From assembly GCA_964016885.1 (NCBI GenBank), contig OZ024741.1, forward strand, positions 99,014,001 through 99,078,000: DNA of 64,000 nucleotides, given 5' to 3'. The notes below the pieces were generated by a model that saw only the letters and a program-made list of their open reading frames with translations, made no database searches and was not told where the DNA came from. Made by a program: the position numbers and the translations under genes. The stretch comes from Eledone cirrhosa. Its lineage: Eukaryota. Positions 28,321 to 40,251 of the stretch are shown here, in pieces. Within the stretch, counting starts at the first letter, position 1; each line of letters begins with the position of its first letter.

Positions 28321-28877
28321 TATATATTTATTACAGATATATATATACATAATTATACATCCTGTATTCAAGAAGGATTCTTTTATCGACACCTTCGGGC
28401 CCCAGTTGGGTGCCAATCCTGTACTAAACGGCGGTGGGTTCCGGGGGTAAATATGTACCGGTATTGAGTGAACCAACTTTCGATTTGACATTTTGTTCTT
28501 GATCGCACGTGACACATGTATCGTGAATGCATCATATACATGTTTTTTTTCCTCCACAGTCTCTGACACTTCTCGGAATTATCCAGTTTCAGCTTCCTCT
28601 CTTCGTTGCTTTAGCACCTTTCGGCTCCAACTTTTCACTTCTGTCGAATTCGCCGCTCTGGATGCATGCACGACATACACGGAATCCATCTCGGCACTTC
28701 TTCGATTCGGTGCATCTCAAGACCTCAGGGTTCCTTTTTCAATTTTCGACCTCCTCTCTCCTTCGTCTTTATGACTCACTGTTCTAAAAATAAAAGAAAT
28801 AGATTTTTCTTTTTTTTTTTCTTCGTTTTTCTTCTTTCCTTTTTTTTTTCCTTTACTGTTATCGGATTTGCTGCTTA

Positions 28878-30420
28878 GGGTGCCCGGACACACACGTCAC
28901 TCGTCTCCACACCATGCACGCTCGCTCCCCCAGGCACAGTTTAATATCCTCCGCTCTAGCTCACTCCCAACCTGCTATTCCGTGTGGTCCAGGCATCTCT
29001 TCTCCTTACCCATATGGCGGAAGATTTGACCTCCCACACCCCTGAACGTAATGCCCGCCTCTCCTCAACCTTCCACCCCACGGGAGGTTGACCGGTGCCA
29101 CTCGTGCGCCACGTGTAACAGACGCAAGAGTGGAAGGAACTGCTCCAACTGCAACACCTTCTTCCACCTCCATTGCACCAAACTCACAATACACGCGTCA
29201 GATTCCTTGCACCGGTGGCACTGCCCATCATGCCTATCCACCCCGACACCAAAGGTGGTCATGGGCGCCCGACTCAACGGGGACCTGAAACCGCTCGACT
29301 CGGATGAGTGTCTGGCGGATGAGTGTCACCTCTTTCTGCGACCCTTCACCCGCGAGCCTCTCGGCACTCTCGTGCTGCCCAACAGTGCCAAAACAACGCC
29401 TCCAATCCACCCACGACAGCACGAAACCTCTCTGGGATAGAGTCAACCTCAAAATAATTGAGGACGACGTTCCAGCGGCTGTTCGTGTGCCGGCCTCAAG
29501 CGACGCTGTGCTCAAACCAACACCGTATTTTTTGTTAGCACTTCGCCTCAAACATCCGGACCCTCCTGTTGACATCAGGGATGCTCCCGCCCCGGCCAGC
29601 AATCTCTCACCGGCAGAGTCTAGCGAGACCGTGGTAGCCGCCCTAAGATCTTTTGCTGGTAGCAGCAGTGGCGGAGTAGACGGGTTGCGCCCCGGTCACC
29701 TTCGGGACCTCATCTCGTCTCACGCGGCGGAAGCGGGGGTCCGACTGCTCTAGTCATCAGTCATTAACAGACCTCGCCATTTTCTCCTCCGCGCCAACTT
29801 GCCAAGCCATTCCCGCGATCTTTTCTCCTCAGTCAGCTTGACCGCCCTGAGGAAGAGTGACGGAGGTGTCTGCACCCATCGCGGTGGGTAACGTCTCCGA
29901 AGACTTGCAGCCAAGATAGCTTGCAAGTCACTCAAAGACGACTTGGCGAGGTGCTGAGCTCTATCCAGCTCGGAGTGGGATTCAAGTGCGGTTGTGAGGC
30001 CGCAACTCATGTAGCCAGACACTGCATAGAGCACGCGGCTCCCTCGTCACTCCACCTCCCCGTGAATCCGTCGAGACCTTAGGCGTACATGGACCCCGTA
30101 CTTCCGAGCTCCTCCGCAATATCGGAGCGTCGGCGGCTCGTCTGGGGAGGGAGCCCCATGAGGTTGGGTGGCTGCTGCAGCGGGTGCCATTGGCCATCGT
30201 CCAAGGGAATGCTTTTGCCGTTTGTCCGCGTCCGCGGGGCGCAGCACTTCTTCCCTCAGGCCTTAGGGCCAAAGCCCACTCACCACCCCTTCACCCCCTA
30301 CCCTCTCTTCTGCGACACCAGAGCTCTTGCTATCCCCTCCCCTTTCCGTTCTTTTTCTTCTTTCTTTTTCTTTTTTGCTCTATATTTACTTATTCTTTCT
30401 TTCCTTTTGTTTCCCTTTTT
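28878..30420 (+). mobile_element. Internally deleted CRE-like non-LTR retrotransposon (PHD finger, RT start, RLE end)
   Basis: C4HC3 pattern CATC...CSNC..FFHLHC...WHCPSC; SSSGGVDGLRPGHLRDL and LTALRKSDGGV RT motifs; jumps to SVETLGVHGP...WLLQRVPLAIVQGNAFAV; pyrimidine-rich 3' UTR. Confidence 0.8.
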
Positions 30421-30449
30421 ATTATTATTGCCGTCATTATAGTTGTCAT

Positions 30450-30990
30450 TCTTTGCAACATAGAGTTACGACCCTTTATGGTCTGAGTTCAAATCTCGCC
30501 GAGGTTAACTTTGCCTTTCATCCTTATGAGGTCGATAAAATAAAGGACCAGTAAATTACTGGGGTCGATTTAATCCACTTTCCCCTTCCCCCAAATTACT
30601 GGCCTTGTAGAAATCATTATTATAGTTACTGTAGGGCGGTGGATTGGCAGTATCGGTAGAAAGTTGGACACCATGCTTTGCAACATAGAGTTACGGCCCT
30701 TTACGGGGGTCGATTTAATCGACTTTTCCCTCCCCCAAAATTGCTGGCCTTGTGCCTATATAAGAAATCATTATTTCATCATTATTTCAACATATAAGGG
30801 CGGTGAATTGGCAGTATCAGTAGAGGGTCGGATGCCATGCTTTCCAGCATAGTTACGTCCCTTTACGGTCTGAGTTCAAATCCCGCCGAGGTTAACTTTG
30901 CCTTTCATCCTTACGGGGATCGATAAAATAAAGTACCAGTAATGTACTGGGTATTTGCTGGCCTTGGGCCAAAAGTAGAAACAATTATTT
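30450..30990 (+). mobile_element. Cluster of three SINE copies
   Basis: Family matches; the last copy is flanked by ttatttcaacatataa direct repeats. Confidence 0.8.
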
Positions 30991-31220
30991 CAACATATAA
31001 CTATATTATTATCACATCAATATTATTCACTAAGGCGAGAATTAAAAATCTCACGAAATACATTATACATCGTTAGAGACAGTTACATCTAAGAAATTCA
31101 GACGTAACCTGGAAAATGTTATTCCTACTGATAATAAGTATACACACAGTGGTATTCAATCTATGGGTTAATGAAAATATACAAATGTTAAAGACTATAA
31201 TTCAAACCGAATATATGTCC

Positions 31221-31312
31221 GCCCGCATAGCTCAGTCGGTAGAGCATCAGACTTTTACAAATTCTAATGTGAAGGTATCTGAGGGTCGCGGGTTCAAGTC
31301 CCTCTGCGGGCG
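31221..31312 (+). tRNA. tRNA-Lys(TTT) with 19-nt intron, intact
   Basis: Consensus exons; intron caaattctaatgtgaaggt. Confidence 0.93.
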
Positions 31313-31719
31313 AATCTACCTTCTTTTTTATTTATGGAAAAATAAATTTGCAATTTTGAATAAATATCATATTTTATAAGTTAAATTTCTAATATCTTCA
31401 GTTTTTTATTTAACTTTATTGCATATCAATCTTAATCTGAGCGTTTCATGGTGAAGTGCAATACTTAAACACATGTGGTGACAAACAATAATTATATAAC
31501 TATGTTTTTGTCACTGTAATATTTCTTGTCCAATATGACGAATAAATCTCACCTAACATAACACATATTACACATTCTTAATGAGATTTGAAACCACAAT
31601 CTTCAAACACAACACCAGAATATTTAGTGTTCCAAAACAGAAAATATTCACAATACTGTATTATATATAAGAAACTTTTGTCTTTCGATACGAGGTTAAA
31701 GTAAACAAAAGCTAATTCT

Positions 31720-32562
31720 AAAAGTTAGTGCGACTCATACTCCCTTATATACACACATATATATACACCAGGTCCGAACACAAAACAACCAAACACTCAT
31801 TGTCACTGCCTCTGTCTCTCCCACTCTCACCAACTCTCACTATTTTGAGCAAATAGGGTCCCAGGCGCTGGCCGCCCCGCGACCACGGCGGACAGAACAG
31901 AGAAGGCGTTTCCCCAGAGAATGGTGAGGGAGACGCCTCGAAGAGCCATTCCAGCTCGCGAGGCTCACACGTTCGGGTAGCCAACACTATGCCGATGGTA
32001 GTGAACAGGGGATGGCTCTAGGATAAGGACACCAGAAGTCTCTACAGCCACAGGTTCGACTGCAAACCTGTCGGTGTGCGACCGATATATGGAGAATTTA
32101 CCTCCTCGGCCCCAAGGTTGCTGCTGGAGAATATGTCGCTGCATGTGGCGTCCCAAATGAGGGGTTTACCATAGTGGAACGGGAAAATGGTATGCCATCT
32201 GGCCTTTTGCTGTCCCCTCGGTCCAGCCGCACCGGCTCGAGCTGGGAGGGAAAGCCTACAGCATCCAAGCCATATTTGATGACTTTGTTGACAGCAAAAT
32301 TGCATCGAAGGCGGCTGACACTGTAGCCGCAGGACAGCGGGTGGACGCTGTGTGTAGAGGGGCATCGGCATGGCGAAGCAGTTCCTCAACAGGAAGAGGG
32401 GTGGGTCGGCGTCAATCATGCCCAGTCCACTCGTGAGAGTCGTGAGCTGCTGGTGCCTGGATCTGATGGTGGAGCGGATGCCCGGTGGGAAGATCAACCA
32501 CCCGCAGATGAGGACATCTCCTTTTTGGGGTTACTTGCTCCTGGTGGAGAATGGATCGCTGC
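31720..32562 (-). mobile_element. CRE-like retrotransposon fragment, degenerate
   Basis: LFLLRNCFAMP, GKPLIWDATCSD, AVETSGVL and EPRELEWLF motifs across frames. Confidence 0.78.
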
Positions 32563-32671
32563 ATAAGAAGTCAAAATATAAAATATTTGATACCGTAATT
32601 CGAAATATGTGACTGATATATCGCATCATATCTGAAAATATGAAGTATAAGTGGCAGTTTGAATATCGTCC

Positions 32672-32763
32672 GCCTACATAGCTCAGTCGGTAGAGCATCA
32701 GACTTTTATAGCATATACTGTAAAGGTATCTGAGGGTCGCGGTTTCAAGTCCCTCTGCGGGCG
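32672..32763 (+). pseudogene. Intron-containing tRNA-Lys(TTT), probably a pseudogene
   Basis: Acceptor-stem mismatch and G53T in the B box. Confidence 0.8.
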
Positions 32764-32894
32764 AATCTACCTTCCTTTTTTTTTTTTTTCTTTATGGAAA
32801 AATATTTTGACATTTATTTGTAAGTATTTATAAAGATCATATTTTACAGGTGAAATTTCTGATAGGTTACGTGTTTATTTAGCATTATTGTACC

Positions 32895-33080
32895 GGTGGA
32901 TTGGCAGTATCGGTAGAGGGGCGGACGCCATGCTTTCCAGCATAGTTACGTCCCTTTACGATCTGAGTTCAAATCCCGCCGAGGTTGACTTTGCCTTTCA
33001 TCATTACGGGGTCGATAAAATAAAGCACCAGTAATGCACTGGTTAATTGCTGGCCTTGTATCTAAAGTAGAAACAATTAT
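32895..33080 (+). mobile_element. tRNA-derived SINE
   Basis: Flanked by attattgtac direct repeats. Confidence 0.85.
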
Positions 33081-33805
33081 TGTACATCTCTCATAATCTG
33101 GACGTTTCATGGTGAACAGAATAATATAACTATGTTAATGTCACAGTAATATTTCTTATTGAATGTAACGAATAAATCTCACCTAACATAACTTAACACA
33201 CATGCTTTGTGAGGTTTTAAACTACAATCCTCAAACACATCACCAAAATATTTAGTTATCCAGTCAGAAGACATTCACAATACTGTTTTCTATATCAGAA
33301 ACTATTGATGCGAGGTGAAACTAAACAAAAGCTAGTTCTCCTTATCGGATCAGCGTAACTTATGGATGAAAGGACGAGCGCAGCATGTGACCGCCGAATA
33401 TATTAATTGGTAGAGCATCAGAGTTTTACAAAATGTATTGTGAAGACATCTCTGTTCTCGTTTCAAGTAACTCAACGGGTGAAGGGAATTTTTTACCGGT
33501 GTTCGCATTCATTTATGACATACGTTTTATCCATCTTAAGCTCCTGATAATGTCGACAAGAATTGTATACGAAATCTGAATGTTGTTGATTCATGTCACA
33601 GGAGAAGAGAATACTTTTTTAAGGGATCATGATGGTTGTCCGCATTCATTTATGAAATAGGTTTTATATATATCATAATCTTCTGATAACTTTAATTCGT
33701 ATTTAAGTTATGTTGATCATATTATTAATACCCTATTTCTTTTTATCTTGTTAAAGTTCATAAGAAAGACATCACTACATTTTAACAAATGTTGAACGTG
33801 CAAAA

Positions 33806-34040
33806 GTCAATCTTGCAAAATGGAGATATTTAAAGGATGGGGACGTTGTGTGTGACAGCGACATCGAACCACAGAATATGGAGCACCCCCCGATATGCCC
33901 CCTGCTGGAACACCCTTGCATAGCATTGGACTTGGCAGAATTTGATGAGAAAGGACAGCAATATGTTCACCTGTGGTGGAACCACAGCTAACCAAGCTCT
34001 GTAACTGACACTCTTGTGGACACGATCAGAAAAAGAACGT
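33806..34040 (+). mobile_element. LINE 3' end, possibly Ingi/Vingi-like
   Basis: C-x-C...Q..EH...CP knuckle-like C-terminus, then gacacgatcagaaaaagaa tail. Confidence 0.4.
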
Positions 34041-35374
34041 AATGAAACATGTACAAGTGTTACACTTTCAATTACTTGAAATATGAAACAGATTAGAAGA
34101 CATAATCAAAATTTTAAACACAATTAAATGATACATGCATACATAATACATGTTGTCAAGCTTTCACTGTGTACAAGTATGGCACCGACAACAATATATC
34201 TATGTACACTATGTATAATACTATATTGTCTCTTATATCTCCGCTTTTGGATTTGATTAAGCAAGTGATAATAATAGTTATATCTCACTATATAACTATT
34301 ATTATTATCACAACAATATTATTCCCTAAGGCAAAAAGTTAAATATTCCCAAATCCATTAAACATTGTTAGTGAGAAGTACACCGACTAATCTCAAAGTA
34401 AACTTCGACAAGGTTAGTCTTCCAAATAGTAAGTATACATATTGATGTATCCTACTTACTCTGGGTAAGTGAAAGCATACAAAAATTAAAACTCCGTAGT
34501 GCAAAATACGTAACATATATGCCACCGAGTCTGAAAATACGCACAACCAATACTGTATTCTATATTTACAAAACAGTTGCCTGTCCTTAGGTGGTGAAAT
34601 ATTAAGAACAAAAGCTATCGCTATGGTGAAACCTTTGTCAGTAGTTTTCATCTGTTGACCATCAAACTCGAACAGTTAAATCTGTTTCACATGTTAATTT
34701 ACTGATCATTTCAATATTTACTTAATTTTTGTTGTTATTTTAGTTTTTATACAGTTATATATGATTACTGTTATGAGATCTAATCCCTGTACTTCTGAAG
34801 TTGTCACTAATCTATTAGTGTGAAGTATGTTCAATAGTCAACTACATGGTTTAAGAGGAACAGGATCAGAGATTTGTTCTGAACAAGTGTCTAAGAGCCG
34901 TGAGTAATATTATTTATTATAACATTTTTTTTAGGCAGATTCGTCAAATAATATCTATCTTAAACTATATTTTAATAAATTTAGGTATAAAAACAATTAA
35001 GACAACAGAATAAGTACCGCAAAATTTCATCATATAACTATATTATTATCAAACAATATTATTTGTTAAGGCGAGAAATTTAAATTTCACCTAATGGAAC
35101 ATACATTACATATCACTTGTGAGAATTACACGGACGAAACTCCAATGGAACCTCGCAAAGATCAACTATATGAGTAGTAAGTAAACACAATGATGTGTTT
35201 TAACTATGGATAAGAAGCCAAAATATAAAATATTTGATATCCGTAATTCGAAATATGTGACTGATATATCCCATCATATCTGAAAATATGAAGTCTTATT
35301 GTTAACTTCGCCTGACTAGTCTATCCTGTGTTATCTTAAAATAAAGAGTCTAAGTGACAGCTAGAATTCTATCC

Positions 35375-35466
35375 GCCTGCATAGCTCAGTCGGTAGAGCA
35401 TCCGACTTTTATAGCATATATTATGAAGGTATCTGAAGGTCGCGGGTTCAAGTCCCTCTGTGGGCG
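35375..35466 (+). pseudogene. Intron-containing tRNA-Lys(TTT) variant
   Basis: A29C breaks the anticodon stem; two G-U pairs in the acceptor stem. Confidence 0.75.
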
Positions 35467-35889
35467 AATATTATTTTTTTTTTCCGTGTGAGGCTTTGTA
35501 GTTTGTAGTCGTTTATGAAATATCTTTTACACCTCCTACGTTCGTGATAATTTTTAACGTTGTTTCACTGATATTTTAATCATTCTGTTAATAACCTATT
35601 CCTATTTAACTTTATAGTGTTATCTATAAGGATTACAGTTCCAATGACCTGAAATATGAAACACATTAGAAGAGGTCATAGAAGTCTTAAGTATAATGAA
35701 GTAATTGTTTCTACGTTAGGCACAAGGCCAGCAATTAACCAGTGTATTACTGGTACTTTATTTTATCGACCACGTAAGGATGAAAGGCAAAGTTAACCTC
35801 GGCGGGATTTGAACTCAGAATGGCAAGGGCCGTTGAAATAATAAAGATGTATCATATCTAGGCGGACAAGCTTGAATTGTGTAAATAAG

Positions 35890-36548
35890 GAAAGAAAGAA
35901 GAAGAACCGGAAGGGTAGGGGATGACAATAGCTCTGGTGTTGGAGAAGAGAGGGGGTGGGGGGTGAGGGTGATTGAGCTTTGGGCCTAGGTCAACAGGAC
36001 AGAAGTGTTGCGCTCCGCTGACAAGACGGCATAAGCATTCCCCCGAACGATGGTTAATGACACCCGCTGCAACAACCAAATGACCACGAGGGGCTCCCTT
36101 CTGTGACGAGCCGCCGACGCTACGATCTTGCGGAGGAGCTCGGCAGTATGGGGTACAAGTACGTCTGATGTCTCAATGGTGACCGGTGCATAGAGGAAGC
36201 GGCCTTTTGCGTTCTTCTGCGAGGTGGGCTGCAATGCCGGGGTTTGTGGCCGAAGCAACTAAGTTGGAGGCGGAGAACGTGAAGCAGGCGGTGGCGTCCC
36301 AGATGAAGAATCTACCTCCTTCGAATGGGAAGAGGGGTGATTCCGTCAGGGCGCTTGCCATCTCCACCGTCGAGGCCTGCTGGTTCCAGTTGAGATGGAA
36401 AGCCAGCTGCGTCCAGGCTTTTTCTCAATATGTCGTTGAGAGCGGCGTGTTTAGGGAACCGGCGTGCTCTGGCGACAAGAGAGAGGGTGCAGGCTCAATT
36501 TGTCAACAACCGCTCCGCAGAGGCATTTATGTGGCTCACACACGTGCA
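35890..36548 (-). mobile_element. CRE-like 5'-truncated copy (CCHC, RLE, 3' UTR); duplicated at ~40675-41356, 45425-46106, 49711-50392 and 55090-55497
   Basis: CEPHKCLCG...HPLSC, DGKRPDG, IWDATAC, ETSDVL and LLQRVSLTIVRGN motifs; 3' UTR homologous to 30240-30370. Confidence 0.85.
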
Positions 36549-37087
36549 ACTATTTGATAATAATACATATAATAATCTGTTAGACACGCAGTGACTAACA
36601 ATAGAATGTTTTAAGTCTGCGTGTCTGATGTCTTGTGATGACATACATGCGTAGCTTGTGAATGAAAATGTCAAGGGGTATCGCTGGCCGTGGTGATGCC
36701 TCCCAAACATCTTTTGTAATGTATCGTCTTATTGGCTAATTTCATCGTCTTATTGGCTAATCAACCAACGAGAGTAACTGTTGCTCAAAAGCATCATCCA
36801 CTTTGTTTCCACGTTTATTTATCGTTTCGCTTTCGAATCTTCCTCCAGTATTTCGTCGTTTTATCATCAAAACATTTTCTCGTTTGGGAAAGTTATATTG
36901 TTAATTTATATATGATTTTTTAATTTTATATTAACTATTAAAAGTCTGAAAATATTTTTATACATCTTACAATAATATTTATAAGATCATTTATAAAATA
37001 ACAATTATATAATCTAATTACATTACAACGATAATTTATTATTAATATATATCATGTTTAACAAGCGTTGCCTTTAAAAAATATTAA

Positions 37088-37538
37088 ACTAGACCTGAAA
37101 AATGCGCAAGATCAAAAGAACCACAGAATGTTATAATAAACCTTCAAAAGTGTGGGGCTAGAGTTGTTGCTAAAAAACATTGTAATCATTATCTATCGTA
37201 CACCCTGTGGCATCCTTTTATAAAAAAAAAAAGAGACTCATAACGAACTCAAGACGGCACGATAATTATTTAAGTGAATTTATAATATAGAAGTCGGTTT
37301 AAGTGCATTTCGTATTAATCATTAGTAAACATCTAATATGAGATGCTGAACATTAGCTTAAATAATTATCGTGTCGTCTTGAGTTTGTTATGAGTCTCTT
37401 TTTTATAAAAGGATGCCACAGAGTGTACGATAGATAATGATTACAATATTTTTGAGCAACAACTCTAGTCCCACACTTTTGAAGGTTTATTATAATATTC
37501 TGTGGCTCTTTTGAGCTTGCGTATTTTTCAGGTCTAGT
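37088..37538. repeat. Long inverted repeat (~185-bp arms); shorter versions at ~41906-42288, 46656-47038 and 50933-51314
   Basis: The arms are reverse complements; the same sequence occurs once at ~280-580. Confidence 0.85.
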
Positions 37539-38022
37539 CATATATGTAACCTCATTGTGTTAATTGTAAAGTATGACCTATTCACAGTTTTCCTAATATT
37601 GTATTGTAAAATATGATCGTTGTACGCATTCATTTCAATGTTTTTACAGTTTGTCATGAATCGCTCTCATACACCCGGAAGCTGAGATATAAAAGATACT
37701 TTCCTATATATTTTGTAAATAAAATATTCTTGTTAAAGACTTATTTACACATAATTGAAGATTGTCTGCCTAGTATTGTGTATGTCTTTATTATTTCATT
37801 ATACTTAAGATTTCTATTACCCGTTCTAATGTGTGTGATATTTCAGGTCATTGGTACTGTAATCCTTATTGTAACACTATAAAGATAAATAAGAATAGGT
37901 TATTAATAGAATGGTTAAAACATATTTGAAACAACCTTAAAGAACAAAAACATGGGATATATAAATCATATTTCTTAAACGAGTACAAACCACAAAAACA
38001 CACATGGGAAAAAAATTATATT

Positions 38023-38114
38023 CGCCCGCAGAGGGACTTTAACCCGCGACCCTCAGATACCTTCACAGTATATGCTATAAAAGTCTGATGCTCTACCGAC
38101 TGAGCTATGCGGGA
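38023..38114 (-). pseudogene. Intron-containing tRNA-Lys(TTT) pseudogene
   Basis: G1T and C56A (B box). Confidence 0.8.
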
Positions 38115-38534
38115 GGACAATATTCTAGCTGTCACTTAGACTCTTTATTTTTAGATAACACAGGATAGATTAATCAGGCGTAGTTAACAATAAGACTTCA
38201 TATTTTCAGATATGATGGGATATATCAATGACATATTTCATGTTACGGATATATAATATTTTATATTTTGACTTCTTATCCATAGATAGAACACATCATT
38301 GTGTTTACTTACTACTGATATTGCTGATATTTGCGAGGTTTCATTTCAGTTCCGTCCGTGTAATTCTCGCAAGTGATGTGTAGTGTATGTTCTATTTGGT
38401 GAATTTAAATTTCTCGCCTGAGTGAATATTCTTGTGATAATAATATAGTAATATGATGACATTTTGCGGTAGTTATTCTGCTGTCTTAATTGTTTTATAC
38501 CTTAATTTATTAAAATATAGTTTAAGGATAGATA

Positions 38535-38870
38535 TGTAGCAGTTGCCTCTCTTGTTGTGACTCACAACCCCAATAGATTAACAACATCTAGACGGGAAGT
38601 AGAACCCTTTCTGTAACTTCCGGTCAGAACCCTATAAAACTAACAACTTTAAGTTCTCACCCTCTCATTTGCCCTTCCGGCGCCTGGCCTTCGCCAGGCG
38701 TCTTCTGCCAGCCTGCGTTTGCCTGGCAATCAAAACGGTAACTACTAACTTTGCCTAATTCTTTCGTTTATTCATTGACATGTCAACTATACTGTTAAAT
38801 TGTTGATTAAATATTATACACACAAACCATGTCTCTTTGCTACATTCATACACACGAGTTCTCCGCTATA
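38535..38870. mobile_element. Solo LTR, 336 bp (copies at 43285-43620 and 52296-52631)
   Basis: TGTAGC...GCTATA termini; GATA 4-bp TSD clear at 52292/52632; TATA-like ctataaaa; empty paralogous sites near 34955, 48030 and 53410. Confidence 0.75.
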
Positions 38871-39136
38871 GATTTTTTTGACGATTGTGTTTCAAAAAAT
38901 GTTATAATAAATTATATTACTCACGGCTCTTAGTCACTTGTTAAGAATAAATCTCTCATCCTGTTCCTCTTAAAGCATTGAACATACTCTACACGAGTAG
39001 ATTAGTGACAACTTCAGAAGCACAAGGATTAGATCTCGTAACAGTAAACTAAAATTAAGTAAATAGTGAAATGATCAGTAAATTAACATGCGAAATACGT
39101 ATTTTATAAATACTTTCACGAATAAAAGAATTACTT

Positions 39137-39227
39137 CGACAAAAGAGGTCCTTGAACTCGTGACACATAGAAAGTTCCACAGATTTAACTGTTCAGGTTT
39201 GATGGTCAACTGATGAAAGCTACTGAC
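39137..39227 (-). pseudogene. Highly decayed tRNA-Lys relic (also 43887-43977, and on + at 58943-59033)
   Basis: 91 nt, retains gtcacg(g/a)gttc(a/g)ag..cctc....gtcg and the family spacing. Confidence 0.55.
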
Positions 39228-40159
39228 AAAGGTTTCACTACAGCGATAGCTTTTGTTCTCAATAGTTCACCACCTAAGGAAAGGCAACTGTTTTGTAAAT
39301 ATAGAATACAGTATTGGTTGTGCTTATTTTCAGACTCGATGTGATATATGTTACGTATTTTGCACTACGGAGTTTTAATTTTTATAGGATTTCTCTTACC
39401 CAGACTAACTCCATAGATAGGATACATCAACAAGTATACTTACAATTTGGAAGACTAACCTAGTCGAGGTTAACTTTGAGATTAGTCGGTGTACTTCTCA
39501 CTAACAATGATTAATGGATTTGGGAATATTGTAATTGTTTGCCTTAGGGAATAATATTGTTGTGATAATAATAAGTTATATAGTGAGATATAACTTATAT
39601 TATTATCACTCGCATAATCAAATCCAAAATCGGATATATAAGAGACAATATTATAAATATTGTACATGAATATATTATTGTCGGAGCCATATTTATACAC
39701 AGTGCAAGTTTGACAAATAGTATTGTGTATGCATTTATCATTTAATTGTGTTTAAAATTTTGATTATGTCTTCTAATCTGTTTCATATTTCAAGTCATTG
39801 AAAGTGTAACACGTGTACATGTTTCATTTTGTTCTTCTTATCGTGTCCACAAGAGTGTCAGTTACAGAGCTTGGTTAGATGTGATTTCCAAGTAGAACAT
39901 ACACTACACATCGCTTGTGAGAATTACACGGACGAAACTCCAATGGAACCTCGCAAAGATCAGCTATATGAGTAGTAAGTAAACACAACTATGGATAAGA
40001 AGTCAACATATAAAATATTTCATATACGTAATTCGAAATATGTGACTGATATATCCCATCATATCTGAAAATATGAAGTCTTATTGTTAACTTCGCCTGA
40101 CTAGTCTATCCTGTGTTATCTTAAAATAAAGAGTCTAAGTGACAGCTAGAATTCTATCC

Positions 40160-40251
40160 GCCTGCATAGCTCAGTCGATAGAGCATCAGACTTTTATAGC
40201 ATATATTATGAAGGTATCTGAGGGTCGCGGGTTCAATTCCCTCTGAGGGCG
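40160..40251 (+). pseudogene. Intron-containing tRNA-Lys(TTT), probably a pseudogene
   Basis: G19A and acceptor-stem mismatch. Confidence 0.78.

Noticed and set aside
28330-28790. Possible exon or coding fragment between the Tigger and CRE elements
   Set aside because: No recognisable motif or clear splice structure; left unannotated.
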